A DNA stretch of 64,000 nucleotides from Paragordius varius (GCA_964247055.1 OZ176053.1:8246001-8310000), one strand, 5' to 3'. Shown: positions 49,500 through 63,739, counted from the stretch's first letter. Notes: generated by a model from the sequence alone, not told the origin. Numbers and translations: made by a program.

Positions 49500-51660
49500 T
49501 TTGCGCAACTAAGTAGGAAAGCCACGTAATCGATGGGTTATTTGATTCGGATAAATGGAAATTGCGGCCAGGTGCAACTTTGGGCAAGAGGCATATTAAA
49601 ATTTGTTGGTTTTATTGCTGGGTTAGAGCTCAAATAGGTGATGCCGGTGAGTCGATAAAGGGAATAGTAATGAAATTAATAGAAAGAAGCCCGCCGCAAG
49701 TATGTCTGAATGGCCAATGGGTGAGGATGGTGTACGATAGCAGCTTAAATATTAGTGATTGGGAAAAGCACCTGGCAAGAGATTGGAAGGCCGATTTTAG
49801 CACCTATGGGTCCAATTGTGGAATTCAATCATCAAGATGTGGAAGGGATGGGGTAATGCCTGGTAGATGTCAAATGGAACGGTAGGCCAAGCGACAGGAA
49901 TGTGTGGTAACAATGGAGGATTGGGGTGGCATTTTTGGGTTACCATGGATGAAAAGTTTCCAATATAGATTCCCGGATGCAGTTTATGTAAAAAAATGGT
50001 TGTTGCGTAGATGTAAATAATAAAGATTTGTTTTGTAAGGGTATTGGGTACACAGGACCACCCAAGTTGTTTCTGAAAAAAAGTAGCATCCCAAAAAGAT
50101 TTGTAGCTCTGAGGATGCTGATCCCGCTTCAGGCTAAGGTGAAGAGTGAATTAAAAAGGTCGAGAGTCTAGATATTATTAAAGTCCTAAACCCCTTGCGA
50201 CCGCGAATCGACTGGGTAACTCATTGGTGATAGTTAAGTCGAATGATAATGATATATGCATATGTGGTGATTTTAGAGATAAAGTTAACCCATATTTGGT
50301 TTCTGTCGATCATTTTATTCCATTGTTGTTAGTTTTCAGTACAGGAAAGAGTTTTTACTACCCTGGATCTAAAAGAGGCTATGGCAAATGCCCATCCAAG
50401 ATTATCAAAATTTACTCATGTTTAGTTCGCATATGTCTTTTTAGATTTAAGATTTCCATTTGGAATGTACCCACGATATTTCAGATGAGTCATTTAAAGA
50501 TTGTCCAGGTACGGCGGTTAATTAGATGATGTAATTGTTAGTGGTACAGTAATGATTAATTGGAAGAAGTTTTGATCAAATTAGCTTCTGTAGGTTTGAA
50601 CTTAAAAAAAGATAAAATCCAATTAGCTCGTTTCGTTGTCATAGTTAGGAGATAAAATTTCAGACAAATGAAACAAACCAGATAACAAAATGGTGAGAGC
50701 AATTATGAATTGTCCAATACCTACCAATACGACATCCTTCGGGTTTTTGGGAATATTGAATTTTCACCCTCGTTTTATTCCATCTTGCATGCTACAATCG
50801 TGGATATACATGCGCTAACAGGTTCTTAGAAATGGGGTTGGTCGACAAAAGAGACATTTTTGATAAAGCTTAACTATTAATGAGTAAGGCATTATAATAC
50901 CGTTTAACCCGAACCTTCGCATTGAATGACGGATTTGGTGCAGTCTTATCACATATGACAAGTAATGGAAAACGACCTATAGCTTTTGCGTCTCAAAAAG
51001 GTGACAGAACAACATTTCTCTGTAATTGAAAAAGAAGCAAGGGCAATTTTATATGTGCTAGAAATGTTTCAAATGTTTGTGCATGGCAGAAAGTTCGTAT
51101 TTCTAACCAATCATAAGTCATTAATCAAATTGTTTGCTATAAGAGAGATCTGAGTAATATTAACAATAGTAGATTATTAAGAGGAATACATAGAAAAGCC
51201 GATTATAATTTTAATATGCAATATATTAATGGTTCAAAAAATTTGGCGGATTGGTAATCTTGTTCACCGTATAAAGATTCCACTTAGGAGGTTGAGGAGC
51301 AAGCAATCAGTATGCTGATCAACTTTTTAACAACGGGACAACTTTAAAGTAGAGCGGATGAAAGAAAGTACTTTACAGAATGAGTTTTTGATGATATTAA
51401 GAGCGGCTTTAGATGATAATAATTGGTAAGCTCCAATTTAGAATTCGATATTGTGTATGAAAACAAAGCAAGAATATCGGTTGCTGCATAGAGGCGATCG
51501 TCTTATTATACCTAAAGCTATGCCCATTGAAACGTTAAAATTTTTTATGTTGAACATTCAGGGGCAAATGTACTGAATGAATCTGCCACGGCTAGAGCTA
51601 TTAGCCAGGATCGAAAATTATATGAGATTTTGTATGAAGTGTCAGTTAAACCGGAGTAAC
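49500..51660 (+). mobile_element. Heavily decayed Ty3/Gypsy LTR retrotransposon pol relic
   Basis: Fragments in Gypsy order across shifting frames: protease-like (CLNGQWVRMVYDSS), RT (VIVKS..ICICGDFRDKVNPYL; LDDVI), RNase H (GFGAVLSH, RPIAFAS, EKEARAI, GRKFVF), then an integrase-proximal remnant. LTRs not identified. Confidence 0.75.
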
Positions 51661-52511
51661 ATAAAAGGCAATCCCTAATAAATTTTATTAGTTTATTGTT
51701 TCTCGAGTCGGCAATAAATATATAGATAAATTCTTTTTATCGGATTTCAAGAAACCTAATTCATACATTAAAAATTCGTGGTTTTATAAAATCCAAATCA
51801 TTGTTAACTGAGTCGATCGAGCCTACACCCGTAAAAAAGTATTTTTGCTTATGCATAATTTTTTCCATATGACAATTAGGATTTAATTGTTTTCTTGCAT
51901 TTCTTGAATCTATTGCATTCATCGATTTCTGCCCTTATTTAGTTGTCAATTTAATTTTTACAAATTTTTAAAATTTTTCAAGGCTTATTTAATAATTTAC
52001 AAAATATATGACTTCATTACCATAAATATTAAATTTAAGCGAAAATTGCTTATACCAGTTTTCTGCACGAATTTCTGCTCCAAACTTGGGCACTCTTATA
52101 AAAAATATCAAATTTTTCCTGAACCGGTTTTTTAGATTCAGTTTAATTCCATTAAAATTTCAAATCCCTCAAAGATTGCAAACAATCATGATTTGGAGTT
52201 GGCTGCCAGACGTTTCGTGCGATGAATTACCCCTAGTTTATATTTGGTAAAATATTTAAATCTTGAACTTAAATGCCCTACATGACAAACGGCAAGTATG
52301 CAAACTAAATAAATCTCTAATTGTGCGGAAAATTCATGGCAAACCAAAATTATATGATAAATTAATTGATTCTTTAATAATGCAGTTTATTTAAGTAATT
52401 TGTAAAGGGCTTCCGGAAAACTAATACTTCCGAAATCGTTTTCTCCTTGACATTGTTATGATTTTACCGATAATGTTAATCATTTTTCCTATGAAAATAA
52501 TAGGCCTTTGA

Positions 52512-53047
52512 CACTTCAACCCAAATTGGGCTATACAAATAATACCCCAGACAATATTTAAGTTCATGTATAAAAAAACTACTGAAAGAAATGATTTCAA
52601 TTTAATGCTTCTATCCTAATAAAAATTATATAAATAAGCCAAAATCTATAAATAAAATTTAGTTTAGAAAGTTCCATATCAAATTACTTAGACGCCATTT
52701 ATTTTATTTGATTCTAAGGTCACTAAGCGTATTTTTTTATTAAAATCTTCAACATTAATATAAACAGAAAAAATGGTATATTTTAAATTATTTCTATATT
52801 TAGCGTATGCACACATGTTATGTTGGCTAAATTTTTACCTTTGAATTTAACTCTTAATAAGTATTATCAAGTATTTTTGAATAATATTTTTTATAATTCG
52901 GTACATTAATGGTTTATAAGTGCAAACTTTTACCATGGTTTTAATTTATTGCATATTTTCTAAACTATTTTATTTTAAACAAGCCTATGGTATCTAACTA
53001 CCCCAATTTGAATCGAGGGACTAAAATGAATGTGTTGTATCCGAGTG
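52512..53047 (-). mobile_element. Older, inverted full-length family A MITE
   Basis: The reverse complement matches family A blocks in order (cactcggatacaacacattcattttagtcc, aaaaccatggtaaaagtttgca, aaaggtaaaaatttagcc, aaaatggcgtc, ggatagaagcat, gtctggggtat..gaagtg). TTAA flanks are degenerate. Confidence 0.75.
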
Positions 53048-54478
53048 TTTAAGGATTATTATAGAATAAAAAATATATTTGCAAATATTCACTACTCATA
53101 ACAAACACATAATTTATATTAGGATGTTGATAATTAAGTATCGTTGAATCCGACATAAGGTCATCCCCTACTGGATCCAAACCCCAAAACGCCATTATAT
53201 TCTCCAGAGATTTTCAAATCTATACATCCTATTGAGAGATGTTTGACTGAATTCTGTAATAATAATATTTATAACTATTTACAACGGTGTCAAATTAAAA
53301 ATGCTTTGATCATCATCCTAAGCCGAATATTTATGGAACATTGTGGTCTTTTGTAGTTTTTATCGGTGGGCCACGGTTTTGAACCGGAGCGTTTTGGGCC
53401 ACAAACTCCATCAAACTGTAACTTTGATAGCACCATCTAAATTATGTATCGGTTATAATGGCCGTGAGAGAAACTATAAAATTGATTCCAAGTATATTTA
53501 TGTAAGTTTTGTTTGGAAATGAAATTATCATTAGGTTTGCGTGATTAAGGCGCCAACTTTACCTTTATGCATGAATGGAAAGTTCTTTCATTTCAAGAAC
53601 TACACAATTTTGTCAGCCCTAGGATGCCTTATTTTATTGCAAAATAAACTGAAATACAAATCTATAATAACATAATGCTTTTAATAAATTATTAGGTCAA
53701 ATAGCCAAGAGTATTTTACAATTGCTCCAATAGGTAAATAATATACTTTTTAGATTTGTTACAAATTTTAGACATAAATTATAATTTGAAAAACATTTTT
53801 CCAAGTCTCCCCTACGAAAGACAGGAACCATATTTTAGTGATTACTAGATTGATTTTTGCCATATTATATATATGTTTTTACTAACCTCTTATTATTTAT
53901 GGTAAATTGGTACATACAAGAGGGTTGTTATTATTATTATTATTAAAATAATATTTAATAATCTCAAAAATTCCATCATAAGTTTGAGAATTCTTTTTCT
54001 ACACGGGCAATAATGTAAAATTATTGAACAAGGATTAAATATTAATGACAAAGCTTTTTATGACATTTTTATGGATTTACTTGTATCGGTAAGAAAGTTA
54101 CTAATATTAGACTATTTTATTTAATTAAATGATTGAATCCCAGACAATTTTCTATTGCAAATAACAATATTTGTTAGAGGTGCATTATATTGAAAAAATG
54201 ATTGATTTCTTTAACCCACATGTGGTAAAAATATTACACAATGCCAAAATTAATTGATAACATATGAACAGTTTAACTCGTTGATATATATATATATATA
54301 TATTTATTAGATTTTGTAAACCTTGTCATTAATACAAATGAATATAACATAATCAATTACACTAATATTGTAATAGAATTCAGATAAATAAATAAAAGTG
54401 GGTAATAAAATTTGTTAGATATACATAAATATTTGTATCTACATGTTTATTCTAAAAATTTATAAATAAAAAGTCTGA

Positions 54479-57400
54479 ATGTCTGACACGCTATCCATCC
54501 CAAATTTTCACCCCGAAGAAAATCAAATGACAGAAGATGAAATTTTAGAGGCTAAAATTCGGCAAGAGTTAAAAGAATTAGATGAATTAAATAGCGAAGA
54601 AAATACCTTGCTAAATGAACTGGAAACAGATCTCATGAAAAAAGAGCAGGTTGACAACGAAATGCAAGAAAACCCTGGTGTCGCATTCGTCGAAAACGAT
54701 GAAACTGCGCAATCAAGCCAGATATTAGCATCCGATAAAGAAAACATTAGCATAGATCATGATAATAATGATAAAAATGAATCAAATGTTACAGTGGAAG
54801 GAGTCGTACAAGAAGAAAATCAAACACCAAGTATTCATATAAATGGAGTTGAACATAATGATCAAACACAAATTGATACAAGTGGTCAAGAAGATAAGCT
54901 GAATGAAACAAAACTAATCGATGGCAATTCCGAAGAAGTTAGCGCAAACGAAATCACACCTACTGATGAAGATGAGAACGAGGATGCTGACGATGAAGAA
55001 AACATCCAATCAGAACATGAACCAGCTGACATTGAAAAAACTGACGACGAAAATTTATCACAAGCTGACGACAACTTGGAGGAGCCAACAAATGATAGTG
55101 AAAAAATTGATACCCAAGTGGTACCTATTTAATTAAAATAAATTATGTAAATAAATCAATATTTAATTTAATAAATAATTACAATTTGGTCCAAATATGT
55201 TACGTTGACTGCTCGGAACATATAATGTAAATATTTCATTTATTCGAAATATTGTTGAAACCTATTTTTTATTTAATTGCAATTTTTCAAAGAAATGTTC
55301 ATTAGGTAAAATTTTTACAATTACATCCATCTTATAAGGTAAATCAATAATCTCGCCACATTAACCAACTGACTAAAAATATAAATAACTTACTTAAAAA
55401 CTTCACCATTGTCTTAAAAACGCTTATAGAGGGGCACAAGCGCTAATTAGTATAAAGTTTAAACATAAGTTGTATTATTTAAATGGCAATAATTTTTTAT
55501 AAACAACATAAAATATTATTACATTACTGATCAATTTGTAATATGTAGGATAACAATGGTTTACCATCAGATGAAAATACATCATCGGAAACCGCAACAA
55601 ATGCTTCGGCAATAAATAATAATTATGAACAAAACTATGAAAATATTGAGTCAATTAACCAAGAAAAACAAAATTTGAAAGACATTGAAATTACAAATAA
55701 TGATAATCTTCAAAATATGAATTTTGAGGATATTGAAGAGTCCTCCACTCATACACTTCCACAAACAACACAAGAAGCAAATGAGGATTCGCTTATCAAT
55801 GTGGATGAAACACCACAAAGCGAACAAGGTCAAGAAGTAAATTATTTTGTTTGTTTAATTAATTTTTAAAAAAAAACGTTATACATAAAATAAACCCCGT
55901 AAATCATTATCATAATTTGTGTTATTTAAACAAAACTTAAATGGTAATGCGGACAAAACTTTATAACTAAACAAATTATAATTATTTTAATATTTTTTGT
56001 AAATGCTATGGATTTTTTGCATATAAATTGTTTCCGTGATATACATATACAATATTAAATGATTTTTATATTTTTTAAAGATTAATAATATAATATTATG
56101 TGTACCAATAAAATTTGGCACGATTTAGCCAAACAAAGAAAATATAAAAATATATTTTTCATTCTAATACTTGAATTTCATTAAAACCAACTTTGATTTA
56201 ACTTTTTTATTGGGGAATATCGGCAATCAATATATTTTTTAATCAACTGTGCATGCATACAATATATCTTAATGACATTCTTTGTTGTTTCAAAAATATA
56301 AAACTTAAATTGAAGACACACTGCTATATCGGTTCAAATTACATAATAATTGTATAATATAACATATATAATTGTTAAGAGAGGGAGGGTATGGATCAAA
56401 AATATAACGCGACAGCGGCATAATAGAAAAAATATGTATTTCTGTACTCAAAATGATATGGCATAAATACTTTTTGGAAGCTTACATAACTTTTTTGATC
56501 GAGGAAAAAATCATTTGATATTAATTAAGACGGATTTTTTAATTTCCGTTATCAATTCATATTTTATTAATACTACTTAAGCCTATATTCCTTATATATT
56601 GAATAAAGGAAAAATTTGAAATTTCTGACGAACAAACAGCATCCGAAGTTGAAAATATGTCTGATAATCCCGAAGAAACCACTCCTGTTGAAAATTCTGA
56701 GCCCGCTACCGAACCTGCGGCAACCGAACCTGCTGAAACGACACCTGCTGTGGAAGGGGAAGAAAAATATCCTGAATATTTGCCTGATGAAAATGTAGAG
56801 CGTGAGGTTGTAGAAGAACGCCGTATTTCGCAACAATATGAGGATAATTTGGTTGATTCCAAAGAAACGCCAGATGTGCAAAATGTTCTTGAGCAGGAAG
56901 AAAGAGAACGACAAATTCGTTTTGTTGAAATTGCCAAGGATGCCGAAGAAACTTTCCCAGAAGATGTTCATATTGAAATTGATGACCCTACACAAAATTT
57001 GACGGAAGAAACGGAGGCTGTTGAAAGAGTAACACCCCCTCCATCAGAGCTACTAGAAAAAAGTGAATCAACAGAAGAGGAATCAATTAATCTTCCTCAC
57101 CGGGAATTGAATAAACGCGAAAGTAGAGCAGAAGATTTTTCCCTGCATCATGAGAAACCAACTTTGAAAGAACGAAAAGCTAGTCGAGACATGGAGAAGC
57201 ACATACGTATGCGACGAATCAGCCGGAAATTAACATCCGAATTATCACCTGATTCAGGAGTGTCCGCAACCTCTGAGCGAGACTCAGGTACTTCACGGCG
57301 TAAGAGTCGCGATCGAAGTGATGTTGATACTTCGTCTGCGTATACACGCTCAGGCCGAGATACAACAGGCGATGGATCTGAAACCACCTACAGAAGGTCA

Positions 57401-58168
57401 TCACGCACGACGAGAACTACAACTGAAAGTACCTATACACCAAGATTTGATACGGGGTATAGTGCCAGCAGCAGTAGTAGTCACCGGCCCAGAAGTCATT
57501 CATTAGTTAAATCTGTCATTAAAATACCTAATTACAGTGTACGTGAAAAGAAAGCCGACAACTTTTTTAGCATGGATAATTACTATCCGGGCAAATTTAG
57601 TTCGGCTCCACCGACTCAAACACGCCGCCTAAACACGGGACAAAAGGCTATTGATGATTTTGAACTCAACTATGGTTCATCAAAAGCGGTTGAAAGCACT
57701 CCTTCATCTGTTTCATCGTATGGATACAGCTCAATCAAGGACTCTTCGTTTTATCCCAGTTCGTATGCGTCGCCCACGACATATTACACGAGTACATCAT
57801 ATATTCCATTAACTAACTATGCCCCAATCAGTGATTCCTACTATTATTATAGCGATTATAACAGTTATCCGTCGTTTAGAAGATCGTATGATTACACCAT
57901 ACCCTATTATTCGAGTTATTCGTCGCCTTCTACATATATACGGTCACCTTCGTACACTTCTAGCATCTTGTCACCCAGCTTGTTTGAGGACATAAATGAA
58001 ATACGTGACATATATAATGTTTCGGATAAAATTGTTAGAAGTGCTGAAACCACGATTGAATATTCTCCGTATTCGACTTCCTCCTACTCTTATCCATACA
58101 GTCGATATATAAGCTCAGATTATTCATATAGTCCGTATAGTTATGGATCGTCTATGTATGCTTATTAG
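54479..58168 (+). CDS. Uncharacterised ~829-aa disordered protein: long D/E-rich N-terminal region, R/S/T-rich middle, Tyr/Ser-rich C-terminus
   Basis: Three phase-0 exons: 54479-55120 (GTG|gtacct), 55549-55836 (tag|GAT..GAA|gtaaat), 56609-58168 (aag|GAA, in frame with the 503-aa ORF); 2490 nt with stop. Long open frames with GC above background. No signal peptide or recognisable domain. Confidence 0.75.
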
Positions 58169-59225
58169 CACTCGAAATTTAAACATATATTATATATAGC
58201 GAAACCTTCGAATCCCGTTCATAGATTAAATATGTCATATAGCAATGTCGAAATTTTACGTAAACGGATTGTTTCATTATCTTTATATATTCATTAATTT
58301 TTTTATTCTATCTATTTTTAACGATTAACAAAATTTATGTGATCTAATATTGGAATTTAAATTTGCGAAACATCCACTATGTCAAAATCATTATAATTAA
58401 AATGCAGATACTTACCGATTCAATAAATTTTTAAAACAGATTGTTCAGCATTATAACACAAAATTTAGGTTACTTGTTAAAGACTGGATATTCTCCAAAA
58501 TGTTTTAAATTATTTATTATAAGTTAATAAAACTCCTCTTTTTAAAATAATTAAATGTATTTGATATTATCATACCCTGTTTTTCGCAATGACAAAGCCA
58601 CAAGTTACTAGTGGGACAATCGTTAATATTTTTGATCGATGCAAAGGTTACAATACAAAATTACACTGAACTATAATGTCTAAATTTGAATAGTTATTTT
58701 GTGGTGTGGCTTAAGCCTCGAATTAGTTTATTTAGATTTAATAAAATCATTATTTCACACATTACAATAAATAATATTTTTTATCTAAATCCATTAAACT
58801 AAATAAATTTGGTGGCCAACGAATGAAATATCGATTCCAAAATGTTTTGGTGAAAGACACCCCCTAATTCACATATAGAGGATGAAATGGGGGAGTAAAC
58901 GATATTCTTTGCGCAAAATTTAGCCAAAATTATCGAAAAAAGCTAAATTAGGATTCAAATTATAACACTGTAAAGATATTTATTTTATAAGAAATGGTAA
59001 ATAATATATTTTAAAACATTTTTCATATAATTAATAATCAACATTTTTTAATCGATGAATTCGAACAAAATTATTGTATAAAATTATTCTTTTATAATTT
59101 AAATGAGTGGAACGATAAAAATTTTGAGCCAAAACTAGCAACATTGAAAATATTTGATGGGTTGCAACCATTTGGTTCTCTACACTAATTGTAGAAACAC
59201 CCTGGTTCCGGCTCTAACACTTAAC

Positions 59226-59612
59226 CAGTGGCGTACCGAGCATTTGCGGCGCCCGGGGCATAAAACTTTTATGGCGCCCCTCCCCCCTTTTTTAAAAAAG
59301 CCAATAAAACAATTTAGTAAAAAAAATACAAACGTTGTAACCTAAACACCATAGATAAGACAGGACAGTCATATAAATTTTAAATCTATTAAATATATAT
59401 ATTTATATGATACTTATTCAATGGTGCTAATTAGGTGAATAATAGAGTTAATATTACAGGGATTATTACCTAAATTGCTGAAAAATCTCATTTGAAAGTT
59501 CATATTATTTTTTCATAATTAAAATTTAATTAAAAAAAATCATTTGGGCGCCCCTAAATAACGGCGCCCGGGGCATGATGCACCCCCTTGCCCCCACCTC
59601 GGTACGCCCCTG
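59226..59612. mobile_element. 387-bp hAT-superfamily MITE with a perfect 8-bp TSD
   Basis: TIR cagtggcgtaccgag / ctcggtacgcccctg (14/15). TSD cacttaac at 59218-59225 and 59613-59620. Subterminal ggcgccc(gggg) motifs at both ends. Confidence 0.9.
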
Positions 59613-62565
59613 CACTTAACCAACGATACCAATTTTTATGTTTTAATAAGATTCCGTTTTTAACCTTACCCGTGTACTAGTTCCTTACTCCAACAAGATT
59701 TTTGAATTCTAGCGTCAAAAATGCCATATCGGTAAAATTTTGAAAGTTTAAACAAAAAATAAGGACTAAAATTAATATTAACTCTAATGTATGCATCAAA
59801 CAGGTAAAATTAATGAAATTTTTGGCCGCCTTTCAAAGTAAATAATGGCCTAAATGAATGCGTCTATCCTGTTATAGCCACCTTTTAAAGTAGCCGCTAC
59901 TTTTAGGTTTTGCAAATAGGGGTTAGGTGTTTTTGAAGGGATTTTCGGAAAACGTGTATGTCTATCAAAATTTGATGATGAGGTGCCGAATGTAGTCAAG
60001 CTATTTTTTTGTTGCCCCTGTGTTCACTTAATTCCTAAATTTTCATAATATAAAATCCCCAAATGAGGATAAATATCTATTTCCCAAGTTACAAGCTTAG
60101 ATGAGTCCTAAATTAAAAAAAAACTCATTTTTTTATAATTTATCATTTTTTTGGGATTATCATGAGTAAAGATAAAAATGTCCAATTTGACATAATTAAT
60201 TATAAAGTTGTAAATACTAATTATATAAAAAAGAGTTGTAATATATCAATTTTATGGCTAAAAAATTATGAAACCACATAAATATTTTTTAAAATGTTTA
60301 ATGGATGTCTGGACTAATAGTATTTGCCTTACATTTTTTATCTTAGTCATAAAAATTATTTTATAAACCCGATTTAATCGTTTTGTATAAATCACTGCGA
60401 CGCGTGAATAGACAAGATTTTAACATATATAATATGGCAATATTTTTTAGAAATAAATAGTGTGATTTTATTTAACTTATCCTGATATCAAACGATTATA
60501 TATAGAGCTTTATTAGGAACATAAGGTCAGAAATGTACAGACTTTATTAATATTGAATTTTACATTCCTTTTTAAAAAAAACGGTTCTTAGTTGGTTTAG
60601 TTATAATCAAAATATTTTCTCTCCAGTTTCATTGTTTTTTCATTGTTTTTCATTCAAATGGTTGTAATTTCGGTCCCACATTACAAAATTTAGGTGATAT
60701 AGCCTATTATCTATACGTCGATTAACATTTAAATTGTAAAAAATTTGTTGTAACATAATTTAAATAGATTAAAACATTAAAAAATAAGGTGTATATAAAA
60801 AAATTTCAAAAAAATATATTAAAATAGTAATTTATTTGGAGCTGTTTGAAACATTTCATTGCTAAAAACGGTTTCCGATTCGGTTTGAGAAAACTGGATT
60901 TGGCTCCGGATCCATCAAAAAAATTCTAGCTCCAATCTTTAATAACTTCTATTTAAAAAAGTTTTTTATAGACATAACGGTCGCAAGCAACTATATATAA
61001 ATTTAGATATTAGTAATAATTTATTCATGCATTCAATATCTATTAAATTAATTATCTACTTATATTATGGTTAATCATAGAAGAGTATATAACCAGAGTA
61101 TTAATAAATTTTCATATCATTAAATTGGAACTAATAAATTTCACTAACAAAAAATTATATGATTTAAGGATAAATAATATTTTTTAAGATTATTTCCAAA
61201 AATGAAGTAAACGAGACGTGAAACTGTAACGTACCTACTGATAATAACATAAGTAGTATAAACATTTTTTTATTTTAACGATTAATTGACAATTAAATCA
61301 TAAAATGGGAACTTTTTCAAATGTTTATTATTTTAAATTAAATAAGATGTAAGATTTTATACCTAGTATATAATGCAATCGGAGCCGCCGGAACAACCAT
61401 TAGCTTTATTTAAAATGGAAAAAATTTTAGAAGACCGTTTTGGTACCCAAGTTAGTTCAAACTATGGAATGCAAATTGTTTAGAAAGGGGCTTGTAAGGA
61501 CAAAAAGCTTAAGAGACACTGTCAATTAAAATCTCGCCGTACCAACTCTCTTTTAGTTTTAAATTTTATAACAAAAAACATTTTTTATACATAAAATTTA
61601 TTTTTTGATTTCCTTATAAATTCTAGAAAATTAATAATAATTTAGTTTTTTATAACCTTAGGCCCTTTAAACAATATACTTGTGAGAATTATTCCTATAT
61701 ATATATATATATATATTAATTAAAATTTTATAAAATTTCATTGTTTACACTAAGTTATTCAAATAAATATTTATTCCTTCATGGTATAAAGTAGCATGTA
61801 ATACTTCATTACCTTTTTGCATAGTTCCCACTAGAACGATCTTAATTCGAATTTCTCATAATCTTTGGCCAAATTTAATAACAGTCATTTTTTATTCTTT
61901 CAGACGCATGTTTTAAAAAAATTATTTATATTTTAAAAATAATCATTTAAACTTATTAGTCTCCATCTTCTGTTTTTTGATCAATACTATGGGCCAATAA
62001 GTCTGTTTATGGTTAATAAGGTAAATAATAACTTAAGAAACTTAAATTTTATTTTAGCAGAAAAATTTTAATATTTATTGTTTCTAAAATTAACGTTTAT
62101 TTTGAAAAAGCTTTGGAGTCCTAATTATGGTCTTTAAAAGTTGGAAAATTATAAAAAAAATAAGCGTTTTTTTGTTATTAAATAAGAAAACAATGTTTGA
62201 AGATTGGGTTTAAACCAAAACAACTTTTAGTAGTTAAAATACAAGTCTTTAAAGTACTAAATCACTATGTCGATTACAAAAAATTTAAAAGATAATGTTG
62301 TTTAGGGTGTTTAATATACCACTTTATTATATTTTGGGGTAGTGTTATATCTCAGAGCGGAATTGATTTCTCAAAAAGATTTTAGGGAATTACACCTAAT
62401 TTAAATAATATGGTATTAGCTTTTGCGCCTTATACAAAAGTTATTTTTTAAAAAAATGTAAAAAAATCCATATCAAACTTTTTTGCCGTCGTTTCTTTTC
62501 TATAATTATTTTTTCGCTATTACTATAAGATAAATTTATGGAAAGAAAATGTAAATAAACTTTAA

Positions 62566-63716
62566 CACTTGGATACAACACATTCATTTTAGTGCTTCGA
62601 TTCAAATTGGGGTAGTTAAATACCCCAGGCCTGTTTAAAATGAAATTCTATAAAAAATATGGAAGGAATCGAAACCATGGCAAAACTTTGCACTTATATA
62701 ACATTAAACCAAAATATATAAAAAATTTTATCAAAAATACTTTATACTAGTTATTTTAAGCTGAAACCGAAAGGTAAAAATTTAGTCAACATGACATGTG
62801 TGCAATGGTAAAATTGAAAAACAATACAAAATAAACCGCTTATACTTTCTATCAATGATAGATTTAACACTTGGATACAACACATTCATTTTAGTCCTTC
62901 GATTCAAATTGGGGTAGTTGGATACCCCAGGCCCGTTTAAAATTAAATAATTTTAAAATTATGAAAGGAATAGAAACCATGGCAAAATTTTGCACTTATA
63001 TAACATTCATAAACCAGAATATATAAAAAATTTTATTCAAAAATATTTGATATTACTTATTTTAAGGAAAAACTCAAAGGTAAAAATTTAGTCAACGTGA
63101 CATATGTGCATTGGCTAAATTGAAAAATAATACAAAATAAACCACTGTTTTAATTTATATCAATGTTAAATGTCATTTAAATAAAAAATTAGCTTTAACT
63201 ATACCTTGATAAATAAATGAACACGATATTTTGCAAAAAATTTTCAAAATAAAAATGGCGTCCAAGTAGTTTGACATGGAACTTTTTTTTCCAAACGAGA
63301 TTTTATTGAAATATTTTAGCTTATTTATATAATTTTTATCGGGATAGAAGCATAAATTTAAATTAGGACCGTTTCCTTCAGTAGTTTTTTTAAAATTTAA
63401 AATTTAATTTGGTCTGGGGTATTTAGATACCCCAAATTGAATCGAAGTGTTAAAATAAAAAATTAACTTTAATTTAACCCTTAAAATTAAAGAAGACGAT
63501 ATTTTGTAAAAATTCTCTAAAATAAAAATGGCGTAGGAAGTAGTTTGACATAGAATTTTTTTTTAAAACAAAATTTTATGTACATAATTTGGCATATTTA
63601 TATAATTTTTATTAGGATAGAAGCATAATTTAAAATTAGGACCGTTTTCTTCAGTAATTTTTAAAAATACCTAACTCAAATTTAGCCAGGGGTATTCAGA
63701 CAATTTGAATCGAAGT
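62566..63716 (+). mobile_element. Family A MITE (outer copy) split by a second family A copy inserted at its internal TTAA
   Basis: Left half 62566-62863, TTAA 62864-62867, inner copy 62868-63449, TTAA 63450-63453, right half to about 63716. Confidence 0.85.
62868..63449 (+). mobile_element. 582-bp full-length family A MITE (inner, nested copy)
   Basis: TTAA|cacttggatacaacac ... gaatcgaagtg|TTAA; colinear with 14136-14715. Confidence 0.9.
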
Positions 63717-63739
63717 AAATAGCTTTCAAGCTATATATC

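Noticed and set aside
54523-57506. Antisense and alternative-frame ORFs over the acidic gene, and similar ones at 5595-5843, 2388-2591, 1913-2167 and 31554-31826
   Set aside because: Shadows of biased codon usage in real exons on the other strand or frame.
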